48,412 nt of DNA from an uncultured Planctomycetaceae bacterium (GTDB lineage Bacteria; Planctomycetota; Planctomycetia; Pirellulales; UBA1268): assembly GCA_903877395.1 (NCBI GenBank), contig CAIRDU010000526.1:1-48412 (forward strand), in the 5' to 3' direction. The position numbers were made by a program, and so were the translations under genes. This document shows, one piece after another, positions 45,540 through 48,412 of this stretch (the first letter of the stretch is position 1; each line of letters begins with the position of its first letter). A model generated the notes under the pieces. It worked only from the letters and a program-made list of their open reading frames with translations, was not told where the DNA came from and did no database searches.

Positions 45540-45722
45540 CTAGGCAAACCGCTTGTTGCGACGGCGATGAATGCCGTTGATCGAGGTCGGGCGGTTGCCT
45601 GCACGGGCGTAACGGGGCTGCGAAGTGCGACGCGAATCGGAATCGCTGGAGTGGCGATCACGAACGCGCTGGGACGAGTAATCCAGTTCCATTTCGGCAG
45701 AGGCATAGTTGGGGGCTGACAT
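45540..45722 (-). CDS. Small basic hypothetical protein (60 aa)
   Basis: AAGGAG sits about 8 nt upstream of ATG 45722 (MSAPNYASAEMELDYSS..). The Arg/Ser-rich sequence ends in HRRRNKRFA. It lies 83 nt downstream of the pseudo-receiver gene on the same strand. Confidence 0.5.
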   Translation of the reverse strand: MSAPNYASAEMELDYSSQRVRDRHSSDSDSRRTSQPRYARAGNRPTSINGIHRRRNKRFA

Positions 45723-45805
45723 GATGGGCTTCTCCTTCAATCAAACGGATTTGGTTCAATGGGTTTGGGACACAGAATTCAAACTGAAAAAGGAAGACGT
45801 ACGAA

Positions 45806-46297
45806 TCACCGCGATCCAGCGAAGACGGGGGTGCCGTCACGGAGGCGACGGGCCTCCACACACAAGCTCGTTAGACTGTCGCCATCGCATACACCTGGCA
45901 GATAGAGCCACGCGCCCAACTGACGGGCCCACAACTCCTCATCGACGTTGTCTTCCGAGCCGCAGATCACTAGGAGCATCCCGGGACGGGCCGCCAGTTC
46001 CGCTGCAATCTCGATGGTGTCGTTGACGCGGTCGCCAAGCGGGGAAGCGATGTCTACGATCGCCAACTGAAAATCGCGGTCGACAGATTCACTCAGTTCG
46101 CTAGACGTTTCAGGCGACGCACACTCAAGCCATCCGGCTAATTCGACAGCCGCCTCGAAGCGACGACGACGCGAAGGATCGCCTGACACAACAAGACAAT
46201 CCAGAAGACCCGTTCGCCGTGCACTGCGCGGAAGAACCGCGTCAGCCGAGTAGGGCGTAAGGACTTCCGATGTGATACCGACTGCTACAACCATCAT
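45806..46297 (-). CDS. Receiver-like (pseudo-response-regulator) single-domain protein
   Basis: The alternating pattern resembles CheY: LDCLVVSGDP (beta1), FQLAIVDI (beta3), LLVICGSED (beta4) and GAWLYLPG (beta5). However the acidic pair is SGD and the conserved Lys before Pro is Leu. AGAGGTG is upstream of the ATG. Confidence 0.55.
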   Translation of the reverse strand: MMVVAVGITSEVLTPYSADAVLPRSARRTGLLDCLVVSGDPSRRRRFEAAVELAGWLECASPETSSELSESVDRDFQLAIVDIASPLGDRVNDTIEIAAELAARPGMLLVICGSEDNVDEELWARQLGAWLYLPGVCDGDSLTSLCVEARRLRDGTPVFAGSR

Positions 46298-46537
46298 CTT
46301 GCACCTCTTTTGATTTCAGATCGCGGATACCGTTCGCGGTACTGAAGAGGGAATGCACAAGGCGTGCCAAACCTCGGCAAAGAAAACTAAAACGCTCGCA
46401 AGAGCCTGTGCGCACTGGCTTTGCGATTGAAAAAAACTTTTTTTCTGCCGCTCAACAAGGAAGTGCGAGGCTCACCAAGATGGTGGGTCTTGTGGCGCGA
46501 AAAACGTCCTCCCCGTGTCAAAAACGCTTTTCTCTGC

Positions 46538-46600
46538 GGAAACACAGATGGTTTCACCATTCTGGTGAGACCACACCAGAATGGTGAAACTGCGGTTTCC
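46538..46600. repeat. Perfect 17-bp inverted repeat with flanking 6-bp complementary arms
   Basis: GTTTCACCATTCTGGTG (46551-46567), loop AGACCA, CACCAGAATGGTGAAAC (46574-46590). It is flanked by GGAAAC (46538-46543) and GTTTCC (46595-46600). Confidence 0.9.
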
Positions 46601-46745
46601 CTTCGGCTGACGCCTCGGTGTTGTCAAACAGCGGACAGTCGCCGGACATTCGTCGCACGAAAATCAGACTCTCGCTGCCGAAGTGGAACTCTCACAATCC
46701 AGAAGCAAAGCGATGCATTCTGAGGTGATTCATGATCCACGACCG

Positions 46746-47777
46746 TCACCGATGATCCCCAACGATCACTTCATCTAGGCAGTGCAGAAGGAGTCGCACG
46801 TCGAGCGGGCCCCAGTGACGAGAGTCGCGGCTGCCGGATGGAAAATCACCGAGCACAAAGATCTGATCCGGCCCAATCAGCCAGTGGGTTGTGCCGTTGG
46901 CTGCGGGTCGATAGAGAACATCTCGCCAGACGATGAGTTCTTCCACCGCAGTCTCTTCGAACGCTAGGGCGTGCGCCGCGGATGCCGAGCGGTTTGCGGC
47001 ATGTTCCACACGCAGCGAAAGCGACGGGGCTTCTTCGCTGGCGGCATCCGGCCAGGGACTGTTGATTGACCACTGCGACGGCGGGCCGGGCGGCAGAGTT
47101 GTGCGGGGTCCATGGGCGGGCATCTCGGTGGCAACCGGCCAAGCCGCCCCTACAAGGTTGCCGTCCAGCCGACCAGCAACCATTCCCAACCGCACCGGTC
47201 CGATCACCGTCCATGCGATACCGCGGTTCTCGATGCGAATCACAACTCGTGCAGGAGATTGCCGAGTGGCCGTAGCCGGCACTCGGATCACAGCAGCCAC
47301 GCCCACATCCCGCACCGGCAGAAGCAAACGGCGTTCGTCTGGGGCAAAGGAAGCGTCGTCGTAGATCGGCGACTGGACAACCAGATCGATTGTGCCATCC
47401 GAAGCGTAGCGTTTCTCTGCGGCCACAGGAGATGCCATCTGTGCCAGCACGCGTGGAGACGCGAGCACAGTGGCTCCATCCCCTCCCTGAATCGACAGTT
47501 GTTCGCCCCCCATCTTTGCACCCAGCCCGACAACCCGCTTGACGGCTGGACTACTCTCAGGGGCGTCGAGAACCCAACGCTCCAGCCGGCGAGGCTGTCG
47601 CGCTCGCGCAAACATCCCAGTCGGCTGCATGGTCACGCGATCCCCTGGCAAGAGACCAGGTGCCATCGAAAGGCCGTCAACGTGTCTGTAAATCGGACGG
47701 TTGACGGCAAGGGCCGCCACGGCCAGCAGTCCCGCGGCCACCGGTGCGGCGATGAAACAAAAGCGGCGTGTTGTCAT
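46746..47777 (-). CDS. lepB: Signal peptidase I (S26 family) with a large internal insertion
   Basis: N-terminal TM helix, then [14 protein letters not shown] (catalytic Ser box), AVKRVVGLG (Lys box) and [19 protein letters not shown] (GDNxxxSxDSR box). ATG 47777 is preferred over 47957, which would overlap the divergent gene. Confidence 0.75.
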   Translation of the reverse strand: MTTRRFCFIAAPVAAGLLAVAALAVNRPIYRHVDGLSMAPGLLPGDRVTMQPTGMFARARQPRRLERWVLDAPESSPAVKRVVGLGAKMGGEQLSIQGGDGATVLASPRVLAQMASPVAAEKRYASDGTIDLVVQSPIYDDASFAPDERRLLLPVRDVGVAAVIRVPATATRQSPARVVIRIENRGIAWTVIGPVRLGMVAGRLDGNLVGAAWPVATEMPAHGPRTTLPPGPPSQWSINSPWPDAASEEAPSLSLRVEHAANRSASAAHALAFEETAVEELIVWRDVLYRPAANGTTHWLIGPDQIFVLGDFPSGSRDSRHWGPLDVRLLLHCLDEVIVGDHR

Positions 47778-47888
47778 CAGTTCGTCTGCCTGTCCTTCTC
47801 TTTCAGAATAATCTATGATGGCCAAGCCGAGCGACAGGAAGCAAACGGCGAAGTTCGGCAACCGATTGCGGTAAGGAAACAAAGGATC

Positions 47889-48412
47889 ATGTTGAAAACA
47901 GCTGTGGTCTCGCCTATCTGTGAGCGTCGTTCGTGGCCGCGTACCGTTTGTTTTCATCGACGTGGCTTCACGTTGGTCGAGTTACTCGTCGTGATCGCAA
48001 TCATCGGCACGCTCATTGCCCTGTTGCTTCCAGCGATACAGGCGGCCCGCGAGAGCGGTCGCCGAGCCTCGTGTGCCAACAACATCAAACAGCTGGCCCT
48101 CGGTGTCGAGTCGCACAAGACTTTGCTTGGCCACTTCCCGACCGGTGGCTGGAATCAAAACTGGCTTGGCGATAAAGAGAAGGGGGCCGACTGGCGGCAG
48201 CCCGGGGGCTGGTGCTTTACGATCCTGCCATTCATTGATGCAAAAAACCTCTACGATTCAGGTTCTATGGTTGCATCCACAAACATGCCTCTGTTTGTCT
48301 GTCCGACTCGCCGTGGAACCGGGCTTGTGCCAGCGGGCGTGACCGGGCCAACGGGCATCGCTGCCGGACCTTGGTTGCATACCGACTACGCCGGCAACAG
48401 GGGATCGTACGC
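47889..48412 (+). CDS. DUF1559 / prepilin-type N-terminal cleavage-methylation domain protein, 5' part; continues past window end
   Basis: Absent from the ORF track because it has no stop inside the window. My translation from ATG 47889 reads [82 protein letters not shown].., the hallmark of the Planctomycete DUF1559 family. AAGGAAACAAAGG is upstream. Confidence 0.85.
   Translation, partial: MLKTAVVSPICERRSWPRTVCFHRRGFTLVELLVVIAIIGTLIALLLPAIQAARESGRRASCANNIKQLALGVESHKTLLGHFPTGGWNQNWLGDKEKGADWRQPGGWCFTILPFIDAKNLYDSGSMVASTNMPLFVCPTRRGTGLVPAGVTGPTGIAAGPWLHTDYAGNRGSY

Noticed and set aside
44994-45706. Minus-strand ORFs of 145 and 210 aa in the region upstream of the PEP-CTERM gene
   Set aside because: They overlap each other and real genes. 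They have Pro/Ser/Arg-rich low-complexity composition and no ribosome-binding site.
46421-46723. 100-aa plus-strand ORF crossing the 17-bp palindrome
   Set aside because: It uses a TTG-type alternative start and has no Shine-Dalgarno sequence. Its composition is Arg/Cys-rich, and the palindrome explains the local absence of stops.
1-48412. Search by eye for CRISPR arrays, rRNA genes, retron/DGR-like repeats, toxin-antitoxin pairs and defence-type NTPase/nuclease modules
   Set aside because: I saw no regularly spaced direct repeats, no rRNA signatures, and no gene products with such motifs. The only tandem repeats are the short ones reported at 19397 and 25015.

Overview
GC-rich chromosomal segment, most likely from a member of the Planctomycetota (Pirellulales-like). 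That inference rests on family content: an adjacent DUF1553/PSCyt and DUF1501 pair, a DUF1559 prepilin-type protein, a PEP-CTERM protein, and a 'membrane-bound dehydrogenase domain' lipoprotein. I support about 40 protein-coding genes, and most are housekeeping: metF, folK-panC-lgt, ilvN-ilvC, rpsB-tsf-pyrH-frr, rlmI, ppdK, a GlmU-like nucleotidyltransferase, and signal peptidase I. There is one tRNA-Leu(CAA). I found no rRNA, no CRISPR array and no intact mobile element. The only mobile DNA is a badly decayed IS3/IS407-like remnant beside the tRNA, plus a 56-bp miniature derivative of the same terminal repeat 12.5 kb away. Two edge-truncated genes (1..1236 minus, 47889..48412 plus) are absent from the supplied ORF track, and I recovered them by reading the sequence. 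I do not see a defence-island-like or otherwise convincing novel multi-gene system: there are no nuclease, helicase, NTPase or reverse-transcriptase modules. The most interesting candidates are listed below.
- A tight ABC ATPase / ABC-2 permease::CPBP protease / GluR0-type channel block, in which the channel has a non-canonical selectivity filter.
- An ECF sigma / anti-sigma / CDGSH iron-sulfur triad.
- A FolK fusion to a deoxynucleoside-kinase-like domain with a degenerate P-loop.
- A LarA-like protein that appears to lack the catalytic residues.
- A pseudo-receiver plus small basic protein pair, next to a perfect 17-bp palindrome.
- Several small repeat or duplication scars at gene 3' ends.
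All functional calls come from motif recognition by eye, and none has been checked against a database.
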